DNA of 64,000 bases from a virus. A program made the position numbers and the translations under genes. The stretch's first letter is position 1; the number at the start of each line of letters is the position of its first letter. Positions 38,801 through 49,093 of this stretch are shown here, in pieces. Where the stretch lies: the IMG/VR virus record IMGVR_UViG_3300033072_000139, positions 3,083-67,082 of that record; one strand, given 5' to 3'. The notes beneath the pieces are model-generated. The model made no database searches. It saw nothing but the letters and a program-made list of their open reading frames with translations, and had not been told where the DNA came from.

Positions 38801-41800
38801 TTTACCATTTGTTGCAAAGTTTCCTAAAGCTTCGATAACCGTATAAGCGTCTTTTAATGGAAGGTTATTTAAGCCCATCTTCATTATCTTACCTAATCTT
38901 TCTCTATCTGCAGCAGATATATCTGACAATGGCTCATTAGTGAATGGGTCTACATTATTTTTTAACATAGAATTCACCATAGATGATAATGAATCGAATC
39001 TCTTATTAACATAAGACCTTATGTATCTAGCCTTATCTCTAATACCAGGGATACCACTTTCCTTACCTTCTTCTATTGCCGATATAATCTGATCTATTTC
39101 ATCAAAAGTCATATCCTTTGATATAACACCAGATTCAACTAGGTCATTATAATCTTCTAGTTTAGATTGTTTTTTAGCCTCTTCTATCTTACCTAATTGC
39201 TCATTAACATATCCTAAAATATCTGTATCCTTAAATGCTTGAGAGAAAGAAGCCTCTGTCCCTTTAGATTTAGAAGACCTAATTCCATTTAATACATTAC
39301 TTGCATTAGATATATATTCATCTATATTTTCTATATCTGAAGGGTTAATATTCAAAAACTCTTTTGCAGCAGAAATTAAATTAGCTTGCTTCCCCTTACC
39401 CTTAGATGCTGTCTTAATTAAGTTTTTAAATCTAGTTGCTGTTGTTAACTTATCGTTATAATTAGCATCATTAACAATCTTAGTAACATATGAAGCAAAG
39501 TTGTCTATAGCATCTTTATTTGCCATATCTAATGAATCATACTTCTTAAGTATTGATAAAAATTGAGATGTCTTAATAACGCCCTTCTTCTTTAATTCGT
39601 TAAGACCATTGCTGATAGACTTTCTAGTACCCTTAATCCACATGGCAGCATCCTTAGCAGCTTTTGCCTGCAACTTTAACTGAGTCTTTAATGCAGACAT
39701 GTTATTAACAACGGTCTTAGCGTCATTAGCTATACCTAAAAGTCTTTGAACTTTTGGTGATGGAGGAACCTTCCCTTCAAAGAATTTAGTAGCAGCTACT
39801 ACATATTTCTCTCTCTCATTCTTATCTAGACCTTTGTAGAAAGCAGAATTCTTTAATGTAGCTAACGCTTTTCTAGAAGCTCCAGAAAAATCATCTACTT
39901 TTTTAGAAAGATACTCTTCAGCAGCTTTCTTCATCTTACCGAATACTGTAGCAGTTTCGTTGTTATTAAACTCTTTTGGAGTTTCTTTTACAGGCTCTAC
40001 TTCTAATACAGGAGGTTCTACTTTTGGTTTCGCTTTGCCGCCGATATTGCTATCGCCAACATCTGCTTGAGTGGTCTCTTGTGCTTTGACGCCTTCAGTT
40101 CCCGCAGGTTCGCTGATATCGCCTGTTGTACCGATTTCTTTTGTTGGTTCTTGGCTGATTGGAGTGGCATTTTCTTTAGATTTATCTTGTTCTTTAATAG
40201 GTGTAGTTTCTTCTGTCTTTACCTCAATAGGCTTTGCCTCTGGGGCCGTAACGATAGTAGATTCTTTAGGAGTTTCTTTAGGTTCAAAAGTAGCATCTAC
40301 TTCTAATGGATTATCAGATTCAAGTACCTTTACAGCTTTTTCGTCAAGCTGGTCCTTCATTTTATTTATCCTATCTAATAGAGGGCTAACTTTACCTAGG
40401 CTTTTAGCCATCTCATTAAGCTTATTTATCTTAACTTGTATTCCTCTAATGATATCTCTCTTTTCTTTTGGGATATCCGTAGGAACCTGAGAATCTGTTT
40501 CGTCGTATAATTCTTTATCTGTCTTGTACTTCTCCAACGTGCCTTGCTCAAAAACTCCTTGGGTTTGACCATCTTGTATTAATGCTTCTACTTCTCCTTG
40601 AGGTAATTCATAAGCAATATTTTTAGCTTGTTGCTTAACAGCTGGATGAATGTCTCTTACTGCACCCGTAACGATACCAAGTGCGTATTTAATATTTTGT
40701 GCATTAACATCTCTTACAAATGGTATAGTCTCAGCTACAACTCTAGCGCTTTTAGCAGCAGCAGGTAGACCTCCAAAAGCAAATACCATTTCAGCACCAG
40801 ACTTAAATCTTTGTATGCTTTCTTTCATGGTATCTTCTGCCGAAATATCAGCACCTGCAATATTAGAAACAACATCAGTAATCACTGGAGTAGTAGCAGA
40901 TATAGCACCTATTTTAGAAGCCTCTTTTGTAACAGGAGCAAAAGCAGATAGTGCTTTTTCTATAGTGCCCTTTTTTACAGTACTAGCCATTGATTCTAAC
41001 AATGGTGCTGTATTTATTTTACTAGCAGCTGCTGCTATTCCTGGATATGGAGCTAATTTATTAAAAGCGCCACCCATTAAAGATGCCTCTAATGTACCTG
41101 TAACGGCACCCGTAATGCCTCCAATTGCTTCAGCCTCCCTCATTACTTGAATAGGGTCTGCTTTTGGATTTGCTTTTAATTTAGCATTATAATATTTTTT
41201 TATAGCTGCAGATTGGTTCCCTTCAGTCATGTCTCCAATCCAAGATATAGTATTACCTAACTTATTTAGATTAGCTAAAGCCTCTGCTCCATACGCTTCT
41301 CCCAAAGCAGGATTAATACGCCCAATAGTAGCAGCGCCAATACCTAAAGCAGTTGCTTTGAATAATGGCAATGACACGCTTCCTACAAAATTAGTTACTG
41401 AAGAAAATCCTTGTGGCTTATTAGGAAGATAACTTGGACCATAAGCATTCTCATATTTTACACGCTTTACCTTCTCTGCTGTAGATAATGAAAGGAATCC
41501 CCTAGTGTCAACAGTGTTAATTGCGCTTTTTTCAACGGCTGTTGTAAAAGCTTTTAATGGAGAATCGTATTTAGAAAATAATATAGGAAGTCCTGTTAAC
41601 TCGTCTTTATCTATTTCGAATTGACCAGTTTTTAATCCATACTCTAACTCTTTTCTCTTTTCAATTATAGCAGGATGATTATACGGGTCAATATCTTCAA
41701 ACTTCTTCGTAGCAGGATTGAATGTAGTTGAGTAGTTTTGACCAAACTTTGACTCTTGTTTTAAATACGCATTAAGGGTATTGTTAATTGCATCATATTC

Positions 41801-42103
41801 ATCAACAACTTTTAAAGCTGCAGCTTTATCTGCATTATCCTTCCATTTTTGTTCAATAGATTCCCTAGTGTTCGTAATGGTATCAGGAGCTATAGGTCTT
41901 GTGAATTTCTGATTTATTAAATCTCTATCGTATTTTGTATTTCTAGTAGCATATTCACCTAGGGCATTAAACTCAGTATCAAGAGCTTGTTGACGGCTCT
42001 GAATCTTTTTCATAAGAGAAACTACATTCGAAGGCAACTTTTGTGGAGCTGGCTTTGGAGTACTCTTTGGGTCTGGTGTCTGAGGGTTGTTAATATCAGC
42101 CAT
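35894..42103 (-). CDS. Large internal virion/ejection protein
   Basis: 2069 aa, helical with hydrophobic Gly/Ala stretches; third of three genes after the tail stabilization gene. Confidence 0.7.
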   Translation of the reverse strand: MADINNPQTPDPKSTPKPAPQKLPSNVVSLMKKIQSRQQALDTEFNALGEYATRNTKYDRDLINQKFTRPIAPDTITNTRESIEQKWKDNADKAAALKVVDEYDAINNTLNAYLKQESKFGQNYSTTFNPATKKFEDIDPYNHPAIIEKRKELEYGLKTGQFEIDKDELTGLPILFSKYDSPLKAFTTAVEKSAINTVDTRGFLSLSTAEKVKRVKYENAYGPSYLPNKPQGFSSVTNFVGSVSLPLFKATALGIGAATIGRINPALGEAYGAEALANLNKLGNTISWIGDMTEGNQSAAIKKYYNAKLKANPKADPIQVMREAEAIGGITGAVTGTLEASLMGGAFNKLAPYPGIAAAASKINTAPLLESMASTVKKGTIEKALSAFAPVTKEASKIGAISATTPVITDVVSNIAGADISAEDTMKESIQRFKSGAEMVFAFGGLPAAAKSARVVAETIPFVRDVNAQNIKYALGIVTGAVRDIHPAVKQQAKNIAYELPQGEVEALIQDGQTQGVFEQGTLEKYKTDKELYDETDSQVPTDIPKEKRDIIRGIQVKINKLNEMAKSLGKVSPLLDRINKMKDQLDEKAVKVLESDNPLEVDATFEPKETPKESTIVTAPEAKPIEVKTEETTPIKEQDKSKENATPISQEPTKEIGTTGDISEPAGTEGVKAQETTQADVGDSNIGGKAKPKVEPPVLEVEPVKETPKEFNNNETATVFGKMKKAAEEYLSKKVDDFSGASRKALATLKNSAFYKGLDKNEREKYVVAATKFFEGKVPPSPKVQRLLGIANDAKTVVNNMSALKTQLKLQAKAAKDAAMWIKGTRKSISNGLNELKKKGVIKTSQFLSILKKYDSLDMANKDAIDNFASYVTKIVNDANYNDKLTTATRFKNLIKTASKGKGKQANLISAAKEFLNINPSDIENIDEYISNASNVLNGIRSSKSKGTEASFSQAFKDTDILGYVNEQLGKIEEAKKQSKLEDYNDLVESGVISKDMTFDEIDQIISAIEEGKESGIPGIRDKARYIRSYVNKRFDSLSSMVNSMLKNNVDPFTNEPLSDISAADRERLGKIMKMGLNNLPLKDAYTVIEALGNFATNGKVSNLDSVIALGEAYQGGEALQSKGVKSLTIKGIFGKRAARWFAADMTSLPVLFDKAFGANRSLEVQKAMGISSLMRNKNIAEKIYQEASKEYTDKFIGKYGGVLKSKTNPNGLRFDSKENIYERGMLAFMRRNRGGDEAAISKEFNRRKTLLEESIVALRGKGGDYAKMADLYQTAFDKLVKDSNNSLDVESKADAINLEAVNWWTNQWGKHYEKMRDVNLNIYNQDLGFHNNYTQDTYGKFDKNEIPESMDPLSENPYFSSYDYIPDAKSGTLMKTTDPEILPNGKFIDLDFDYNSNRALKTALTNIHTAKDLRQVKAFRDSPFFDKIFNKEDGDVFKGKISTYAKRIQNRDIAESRELSQVGRSLSAAATTAVSTALSSFAQPFKQLAPIAHTFIANNGKLEISDALNADAHDWLNKIGYGISNRGIGSQFNMESVSSMLRKADNNVLMRGITGLGKIQEAKLRIAVGYSDIFTARLSWLSYYKQKLRQQGEDVSNLDWNTHEVNKDAADYAEHMTNVSQNVSDTDLQGTFIGSQDPYHKLFKNTVMTLANYTMNQKAKVGGNIRVATGKGVSAEDRGLAMKSLAGTAAEMFVYNAIWQMANNIQWGIADKMSNTTPSQEEKRRRALSSQKTTLTNLTNDLISPHPIVNDGLDKLINFGLEKIDPNTPKAFEVRLYDGGGQDAWAKNYGVGGILLKNIMDASKYNDIAVSGEVKTEDPFGEEQVKKLTGDDKKIAMSWMPLTIVGRTLGFSDVANISNKIIKNISARGMSEEKALVNEAIGAVPLEEQKPTIVDNKTISQAAAEAVKFKDPESRAKYLLDLKNKYGTDVWSKEIDQISDPKLGVIDGGTVAFMVAMSNNDQDALKVYRAFSLTKPAEKVESLMRTKQEIGSDRFFKKVRSILDLKMLNDEGIKLFADKLDRKELDKFIKIYTEFSNKEEEARIAEEEAARLEEQQKAMREAGGLEQ

Positions 42104-42142
42104 TTGGTATATTTATAATACGCAAATCTAACGAATTTTACG

Positions 42143-43450
42143 CTATTGGCTACCTTTACCCCCCTTAATAGTGTTTAAGTAGTCTAGGACAGAGTTGGTC
42201 TTTTTACCTCCACTTAGCTTATTTTTATTTATAATACCAAGATTAGTAGGGTCTAAAGTAATGCCCATCTTTTTTAATTGGTCAATAACATCAGGAGCAA
42301 TAGTTGTACCTCCACCAAGTGCAAATCTCAAAAGACCCATTGTAGCTGTGTTGGCTGCGTTATTAGCTTGCAATGCTGCATTTTGCATCTGTAATGCGAA
42401 TGCCTGACTCCTCATATCCATTCCAAAATCAGAAGCTATTTTATTAAAATTCAACTTAAACTCCCTATCGTCATAATAGAATCCTTTCACCTTACCAGCT
42501 AACAGGCCTCTATCAATAGCGTAAATTTGAGAAGGTAATATATCTTTAACTTCTTTTACATTAGGGAATGATGCTTTTATTTGGCCTAGTTTTGCTTCAG
42601 CCATTCTCTTTTCTGAAACCTGAGCAGGTGTAGTATTTGGATTATTTTCATCAATAGATATTGCTTGTGCTAATTTGTTAATCTGACTAGATGCATAGTT
42701 TTTTACTTTTTCTCCATCAGGAAGATTAAACATTGAATCAATAGCAGAAGTTACATATAATGGGTCTCTTTTTTCTTTCTTAGATATCCATGGAATATTA
42801 TATGTCATTCCTTCTGGTTTACCAGGGCTAGGAACTGATATCTTAAAAGATACAGGATTACCACTTGCGTCAACAACCTTCTCATCGCTTTCGCTCATTG
42901 GTACATTCTTTAGAATCCTGTCGTCGATAACTTTAAGGTCATCAGCATTAATCATTGTCTTAAATCCAAATGGATCAACATCAATATCATCATCTGGTAT
43001 TAATTCTAAAGGAGTTTTGCTAAGTTTAATAACAGCATTTTTGAATTCACCTACAGGCTCTATTCCATTTTTAAACATTGATTGGCTAGCTGTATTAAAT
43101 AACTTTAATTTTTCAAAAACTCTAGAAGACTTTGAAAATACTTGTTCCATTGCATTTCTAGAATCCTCAACAGCCTGAGATGCCATGTATATTTGATCCG
43201 CACTAGCATTACTATTATTAACTTTAGTATAATTCATTAAAGCTCCCTTATGTGCTTCGAATGCATTTAAAAACAATGGAACGTCACTTGTTCTCATTTT
43301 TTTTGTATCATAAGATTTCCTTAAGTCAATCATAGAGTCAGAAAACAACTTGTCCTGTTTCATTCTGTATTCTATGGCTTTATTAATGCCTGCTGTTATA
43401 CCAGAAACATACCCAGTTGTGTCTACGAAAGAAGGTTGATACATCGCCAT
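42143..43450 (-). CDS. Internal virion/ejection protein
   Basis: 435 aa; position in the ejection protein trio. Confidence 0.6.
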   Translation of the reverse strand: MAMYQPSFVDTTGYVSGITAGINKAIEYRMKQDKLFSDSMIDLRKSYDTKKMRTSDVPLFLNAFEAHKGALMNYTKVNNSNASADQIYMASQAVEDSRNAMEQVFSKSSRVFEKLKLFNTASQSMFKNGIEPVGEFKNAVIKLSKTPLELIPDDDIDVDPFGFKTMINADDLKVIDDRILKNVPMSESDEKVVDASGNPVSFKISVPSPGKPEGMTYNIPWISKKEKRDPLYVTSAIDSMFNLPDGEKVKNYASSQINKLAQAISIDENNPNTTPAQVSEKRMAEAKLGQIKASFPNVKEVKDILPSQIYAIDRGLLAGKVKGFYYDDREFKLNFNKIASDFGMDMRSQAFALQMQNAALQANNAANTATMGLLRFALGGGTTIAPDVIDQLKKMGITLDPTNLGIINKNKLSGGKKTNSVLDYLNTIKGGKGSQ

Positions 43451-43472
43451 TTTATAGGTTATTTATGTTTTA

Positions 43473-44204
43473 TTATTTCGAACTTTTATTCTTAAAATAT
43501 TGAGAAACAGTAAGCGGAATAGTAGACGCTGCACTTGGGAATCTAGGTGCATAATTATCTTCAGTAGCAAATGCATCAGTAAAGCTATAAGGGTTACTCT
43601 TAGGAGCAGACGCTGCGTAGTACGATTGAGAACCAACTGCTTGACCAATTCCCGCCAAGTTCCTAGATACAGCTTGATTAGATTCAGCCTTTCTCATTCC
43701 CCAAAATTCTCTAGCCTCTTGCTCTTTTCTTAATCTATCTTGAGTTCTTATTGCTCCCATTTTATATGCAGCATCAGCGGCAGCAAGTTTATTTTGTCTT
43801 AATAGGTTTTCATTCATCTCTCCTTGCCTTTTAATAAATTGCTCTCCTGCATCAGCAAGTTGACCTAATCCACCTAATAAAGACCTTTTAGAACGTAATG
43901 CACCCATCATAGCTCCTTGTTGTCTTCCGAAAGACTCATTCATCAATCCTCTAGTAGAACCACTAAGGCCCATATTACCCATTGATTGCATTCTATTATA
44001 CCAATCAGTATATCCTGAATCAATTGGTGCAGCTTGAGACTTCTCAAAATTGCTCATTAATTTTTGACTAGCCTGTCTTGCTTTACCGCTAAAAAGACTG
44101 TTTTCGCCAAACAAAAGGCCTGCCACTGAAGGAAGTGCCTGAAGTGCTAAAGCTCCTGGGTTAATACTGCTTCCCATTTTAAGTAAATCACTAAATCCAC
44201 TCAT
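43473..44204 (-). CDS. Pilot/ejection protein
   Basis: Gly/Ala/Gln-rich with a hydrophobic N-terminus. Confidence 0.6.
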   Translation of the reverse strand: MSGFSDLLKMGSSINPGALALQALPSVAGLLFGENSLFSGKARQASQKLMSNFEKSQAAPIDSGYTDWYNRMQSMGNMGLSGSTRGLMNESFGRQQGAMMGALRSKRSLLGGLGQLADAGEQFIKRQGEMNENLLRQNKLAAADAAYKMGAIRTQDRLRKEQEAREFWGMRKAESNQAVSRNLAGIGQAVGSQSYYAASAPKSNPYSFTDAFATEDNYAPRFPSAASTIPLTVSQYFKNKSSK

Positions 44205-44205
44205 A

Positions 44206-47200
44206 TTATCTATTATTAAAAGGTTCTAAGATTGATAAATCTATATAGTACAAATTTACTAAGTTTTGTGGACTTAAAGCTTTTAAATTTATTTCAAGCC
44301 AAGACCCGTGAAGAGTTCTACCATTATACAGCCCGCCTACACTCAACATATCTCTTTTGAATGCTGCATGGTACTTATCATCTTTTACTCTATAGTCAGA
44401 CTGAATAAGCTTAGACTCATTACCCATGTTTGTTAATATATCTCCTTGATTCTCGGATAGCCAATAATCATTAGCTAGTAAAGATATAGAATTAAAGTGC
44501 TTTTTAACAATAGCTGTCTCGTTAAATATTAATTTAATAGAACATGTGTATTGTGTATTGTAAAAGTTAGCTCTGCTAGTCTCATTGTCGTGGGTCCATA
44601 GTTTACCATTTCTCCAACTAATTATAAGGTTACCTGCAGAGCAAATCCACTCAGGATAATAGTCGTAGAAAGCTGTATATGCGTTTCTAGTCTCAGAGAA
44701 TCCAAACGTAGTTGCAGGCATATTATCTCCTGAATTAGCCGACGCTTGCATACATGTGATAAACTCCTCCTCAAATACATCATATACTCCAAGTATCTTA
44801 GCTTTACCATTGTTGAAAGAATTAGTTACCTCTTTCTGATACTTGTTTATCTTATTTGTAAAGTAGAAGTGCCCCTTATACAACTCTGTTATTGAAGTCA
44901 ATCCATCATTAGCCACCCTAACCTGACACCCTCTAATTGGGTCAGAGAAGTAGTCAGCGCTTGCTGAAGAAGCTAAAGAGCAATATTGATTACCTATGCC
45001 GAATTCTCCGCTATAATATTGAATCTTATTTACTATATCTACGCTTTGACTTACAACGTTTTCACCAGAAGCAGTTTGCATGATATTTTGATAGATTGGA
45101 ACAACGCCACATGCTCTACTTTGGAACACCCTTAATTGACGACCCCTAACCTTAAATCTTTGTATATCCCCTTTCTGTCTGTCGTACTCATCCATGTTTG
45201 CAGCATAGAACCTATTAGTCATATTAATATTCGTACCTTGTTGATAATCAAGCGAATATCTATGTAATGTAGGGTAATATGTTTCTTTTGCAAACTCATC
45301 TATAGCAAATACTCTTCCTGTCCCTGCAACCTTAGAGTCAAACTTATCAGATATAGACCTATCGAAAATCCATATATTATCTCTTTCTCTTAAGTACACA
45401 TCTCCACGGAAGAAGTTGTAAACAGCAGCCTGAGCTCCTGCCCCAATAATTTGATTTTGCTGCTGACCTAAATGTATTCTATTATTATTTACATCAGTTC
45501 CTATTGCATACGTTTCACCAAACTCATAAAATAACTGAGAAGAAGTATCAGCATTTTTACCAGGAGTGTATACCTCTATGTAAAGCTCCCCGTATAATAA
45601 AGCAGGGTTTGTAGGCCACGCAGACATTGTAGAACTATCATATTCTAACTTCAAAAAGAATCCAACACTAGCATCACCCGTAACGGTTGAGTTAGGATGC
45701 TTGTTTAACATATCTAGTATAGGATAGTCTTTTACAGCAGTAAGTGTTCCATTATTTGTTCCATATATGCGAACCCTATCTCCTTTTGTGAAGTCGTAAG
45801 AAGGATAACCTGAAGTATTCGTATTATAATTTTTAATATTTATATACCCATACTTTGCATCTCTATAAGTTCCATAAGATAAGTCTGATATAATAAATTT
45901 AAAATCACTATATGTTAAGTTAGATGTCCTTACAAATGAAAAGTACTTAGCCCATGAAGGTGGCGCATGGTTGATAGAAAATTGGATATTAGGTACAACA
46001 AATTGGTCAGTACCCAAAGCGCTAGATATAGCCTCCCTAGTATTAACCACCATAGTATCATTTGTTACAACGCCATTTGTTACACCATACTCATCGAAAT
46101 AAACCATTCCAAATCTATAAGTAGAGTTTGGCTTAAATACTGCTGTATTTACGTCTAATGGGTTTGTATTAGGAGAGTATGTTATTGTATATGTACCTGT
46201 AATTATTTTACTAACTCCTCCGTCAATAGTAAAACCTTGCCCACTAGCGTATGATACATCTGATGTTGTTAGTCCTGGGTATGCATTTACTAGAGCCTTT
46301 AGTGCTGTATTTACAGTAGCTAATGTGTCTCCATTTACAACTGTGTAACTGAATATATGGAAATAGCTTGTTCCATTACCTTCATCAATAGTAACCTTTA
46401 AGTCTACAATATCTCCTGGAATTGGAGAGTTAAAAAGAACGTATGTCCATTTTCTAGAGCTAGCATAACTAGATATTGTTAATGGATATGCGTTCTGAAA
46501 GTACGTTAAATTCTTACTTACATTTAATGTTGTGTCAAATGTAACACCTTCTGTTATGCCTCCATATGATAAAATATTACCATTTAAAAGCTCTTGAGTA
46601 TTAGCCTTCTTTGGAACGTAGTCAAATAAACTAAGTCCTTCGGCTTTATCAGCATATTCGTAAGTGCTATCATTATAAAACTTATATGTATATAATGTAT
46701 CATCACCTACAGCAAGTTTTTTCTTATTCAAAGTATACACTATAAATCTATCGCTATAAGCTCCTGATAATACGCCCCTAGCAGAAAACTCTATATAAAG
46801 AGCATCTTTAGGACCTGTATTAACCATTACAGATATATAGTTATTGATAGAAGGATTTGTCTCAATTGACAATGTATCTATCTTGTAAGGGGCAAATGAT
46901 TTACTCCATGGACTCCATGTAGATTTTGTATTGTCTTTATATACCCATCTGTAACTGAATTGGAATAGGTTACTTTTTAGGTTATTTATAGTTTTTGTAA
47001 GATCATCTGCATATGCGCAAACAGGAGCTATTAAAGGCATCTTTCTAGCAACAGTTAGATAGTCTTTCTTCCAATCTGAAGCGTACACGGTATCTAATGC
47101 GTCTTTTATATTTAATTTCATCGGTCTCTGATTTCTATCAGTCCAATGAAGTATATCTCCCTCCTCCTCTGTTCTGTATAAAATATTTACACTTGCGATA

Positions 47201-47391
47201 GGATAGTCTGGGCTAAAATTTAATATATCTGTTGTGCTGTGAATCAATGAAACAAGTAATGGCTTAATGGTCTTAGTCTTTATATCATACATATAAATGC
47301 CATTATATCCATCTGAGTTCCAGTTAAAATAGAACACACGATGCTTTAACTCGTCATAACAAGAACCTATACATTGATTTACTGAAGCCAT
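44206..47391 (-). CDS. Tail stabilization (muzzle) protein, lacking the usual N-terminal segment
   Basis: CIGSCYDE..VFYFNWNS, LHWTDRNQRPMKLNI, YRFGMVYFDEYG, YYSGEFGIG, FYDYYPE motifs typical of crAss-related phages. Confidence 0.75.
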   Translation of the reverse strand: MASVNQCIGSCYDELKHRVFYFNWNSDGYNGIYMYDIKTKTIKPLLVSLIHSTTDILNFSPDYPIASVNILYRTEEEGDILHWTDRNQRPMKLNIKDALDTVYASDWKKDYLTVARKMPLIAPVCAYADDLTKTINNLKSNLFQFSYRWVYKDNTKSTWSPWSKSFAPYKIDTLSIETNPSINNYISVMVNTGPKDALYIEFSARGVLSGAYSDRFIVYTLNKKKLAVGDDTLYTYKFYNDSTYEYADKAEGLSLFDYVPKKANTQELLNGNILSYGGITEGVTFDTTLNVSKNLTYFQNAYPLTISSYASSRKWTYVLFNSPIPGDIVDLKVTIDEGNGTSYFHIFSYTVVNGDTLATVNTALKALVNAYPGLTTSDVSYASGQGFTIDGGVSKIITGTYTITYSPNTNPLDVNTAVFKPNSTYRFGMVYFDEYGVTNGVVTNDTMVVNTREAISSALGTDQFVVPNIQFSINHAPPSWAKYFSFVRTSNLTYSDFKFIISDLSYGTYRDAKYGYINIKNYNTNTSGYPSYDFTKGDRVRIYGTNNGTLTAVKDYPILDMLNKHPNSTVTGDASVGFFLKLEYDSSTMSAWPTNPALLYGELYIEVYTPGKNADTSSQLFYEFGETYAIGTDVNNNRIHLGQQQNQIIGAGAQAAVYNFFRGDVYLRERDNIWIFDRSISDKFDSKVAGTGRVFAIDEFAKETYYPTLHRYSLDYQQGTNINMTNRFYAANMDEYDRQKGDIQRFKVRGRQLRVFQSRACGVVPIYQNIMQTASGENVVSQSVDIVNKIQYYSGEFGIGNQYCSLASSASADYFSDPIRGCQVRVANDGLTSITELYKGHFYFTNKINKYQKEVTNSFNNGKAKILGVYDVFEEEFITCMQASANSGDNMPATTFGFSETRNAYTAFYDYYPEWICSAGNLIISWRNGKLWTHDNETSRANFYNTQYTCSIKLIFNETAIVKKHFNSISLLANDYWLSENQGDILTNMGNESKLIQSDYRVKDDKYHAAFKRDMLSVGGLYNGRTLHGSWLEINLKALSPQNLVNLYYIDLSILEPFNNR

Positions 47392-47394
47392 CTA

Positions 47395-47643
47395 TTACGC
47401 AGTTAAAAAAACCATTGTTAATGAATTCGTACAAGATGCTGTGTTTGACTCAACCTTAAGCTTATACGCAGTATCTGGAACGTCGGCAAACCTTTTAGCA
47501 ACATTCTGAATAAATGTTTGAGCTGTTTTAGGCCATACCCCTGAAACAACAATCTCAACATCAGCACTCGTAAGTGCTCTAACTGTGAAATTGCCCGTAT
47601 CTGCTCCTATAGCTGTTAAAGTTACGTCTACTACCTGGGCCAT
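47395..47643 (-). CDS. Small beta-rich structural protein
   Basis: VTLTAIGADTGNF...VPD...KVES...CTNS; TATCTTTG element at 47663-47670. Confidence 0.6.
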   Translation of the reverse strand: MAQVVDVTLTAIGADTGNFTVRALTSADVEIVVSGVWPKTAQTFIQNVAKRFADVPDTAYKLKVESNTASCTNSLTMVFLTA

Positions 47644-47683
47644 ATTAATTAATTTTTATTGTCAAAGATACAATTTTATTGGT

Positions 47684-48316
47684 CTAGCATGCAAAAGTTG
47701 ATATGTCTATTGCAGAGTTACTGCAGCTTACAATACAAGTTGAACATATATCAAATGGGAATGGTATATAAGCTCCTTGAGTACACATATCTAAATCAGC
47801 ATTGTTATTGCCTGTTTGTACAACCAATGTAAAGTTTGCATAATAGTAGTTATCTACAGTGCAAGCATTACCATGATATACATATTTAACCTCTATCTCA
47901 AATGTTGTATTTGCAAGTACTATATTGTTTAGCGCAATATAAGCAGACATATAATCGTTACCTGTTCCTCCTATACAAGATCCAGCATATCCAGAAACTC
48001 CTATAACTGCTATATTAGGGTCTATAACCGTAGGCTTTACTGCGTTTCCAAGTAGCGTACATTCTGGAACAATTTTAAGAGCTGTTCCTGTAAATCCACA
48101 CTCTATTCTCCTAGCAATACCTCTTATAGCACAATTATTAGTTATAAGCTCCCTGTTTGCAGACTCTTGGTTGCCTCTAATCGTCTCGTACCTATTATAC
48201 GTACCATTGCCTCTAAAGACGCCATTTTTAGCCTCCCTATGATGACTAGGAGGGAACACTTCCCTTGGGTCATCTAGATTCATTATGCCCGATAAAGTCT
48301 TCCTTTCTGTTTTCAT
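47684..48316 (-). CDS. Stabilization-protein N-terminal segment fused to a Cys-rich domain
   Basis: GIMNLDDP...HHREAKN...ETIRGN followed by CxxxGxA repeats and a Cys-rich beta domain. Confidence 0.6.
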   Translation of the reverse strand: MKTERKTLSGIMNLDDPREVFPPSHHREAKNGVFRGNGTYNRYETIRGNQESANRELITNNCAIRGIARRIECGFTGTALKIVPECTLLGNAVKPTVIDPNIAVIGVSGYAGSCIGGTGNDYMSAYIALNNIVLANTTFEIEVKYVYHGNACTVDNYYYANFTLVVQTGNNNADLDMCTQGAYIPFPFDICSTCIVSCSNSAIDISTFAC

Positions 48317-48317
48317 A

Positions 48318-49088
48318 TTATATCTTAACTGCTAGTTTAGCACCCATTCTGATAACTTCATTTGCATCCCAAAGGAACATAGGTGTTTCTCTTAGGTTAG
48401 CGTTTCTCTTTTGGTTGTAGTACTCTTTACGTCTTAATTGCTTATCTCCAAGACTAGCCTTTCTACCTAATGGAAGATGCTCTATATCTTTCCAAGCAAT
48501 AAAAGCTAAAACAGCCTCTCTTATCTGAATAGGTATCTTATAATCAGGATCATTAGCCGGAGAAGACATGTACTCTAAAACTACATAGCTAAAATCAAAA
48601 TCATTTCCTAAGTATATCAAACCCTCTTCCTCATCTATATCAAACTCTCCTGCATTATTCAAAACAGAACCAACTCCAAAGATGTTTACATATCTAGCTC
48701 CATCAAAATAGTTGACATAAGCTAAGTCTTGAAGTCTGTACGTGTTACCTGTAGTATTATCTGTATTGCTGGTAAGTCTATCTGATTGAAGTATTTTATA
48801 AGAACTAAGGCCTATGTTTCTTCTTAATGAAGCAACTTCTCCTTTAGCATTAAAAACTCCTACTTTAGAAAAACCTATATAATCTGATGGAAGATTAACT
48901 GTCTTGTTTGGGTTAATAGGGAGTTTCACAGTTCTAGGAGTAGAATATACATCTAGCCCCATTTCTTCAACACCTCTGATTCCTATAGTCCATAGTCTTC
49001 TATAGTCTGCATTAGACATTCTAGCCTGGTCTATGTACTGATAGACAATCTCAGATAACGGAACCCATTTTGCTGTATTTTTTGCCAT
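48318..49088 (-). CDS. Tail ring/tubular protein
   Basis: LPSDYIGFSKV, YVVLEYMS, EAVLAFIAW; position in the tail module. Confidence 0.7.
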   Translation of the reverse strand: MAKNTAKWVPLSEIVYQYIDQARMSNADYRRLWTIGIRGVEEMGLDVYSTPRTVKLPINPNKTVNLPSDYIGFSKVGVFNAKGEVASLRRNIGLSSYKILQSDRLTSNTDNTTGNTYRLQDLAYVNYFDGARYVNIFGVGSVLNNAGEFDIDEEEGLIYLGNDFDFSYVVLEYMSSPANDPDYKIPIQIREAVLAFIAWKDIEHLPLGRKASLGDKQLRRKEYYNQKRNANLRETPMFLWDANEVIRMGAKLAVKI

Positions 49089-49093
49089 ATTAT

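Noticed and set aside
36000-41432. Several antisense + strand ORFs of 64-166 aa
   Set aside because: They are shadow ORFs opposite a long real gene and have no recognisable motifs
35894-42103. Virion RNA polymerase as in classical crAss-like phages
   Set aside because: No DFDGD/DxDxD catalytic motif in a polymerase context; DLDFDY is present but unconvincing, so it is treated as an ejection protein
47392-48160. Self-splicing intron or intein interrupting the stabilization gene
   Set aside because: No group I/II core, homing endonuclease or intein terminal residues were recognised; the downstream part has its own ATG and promoter element
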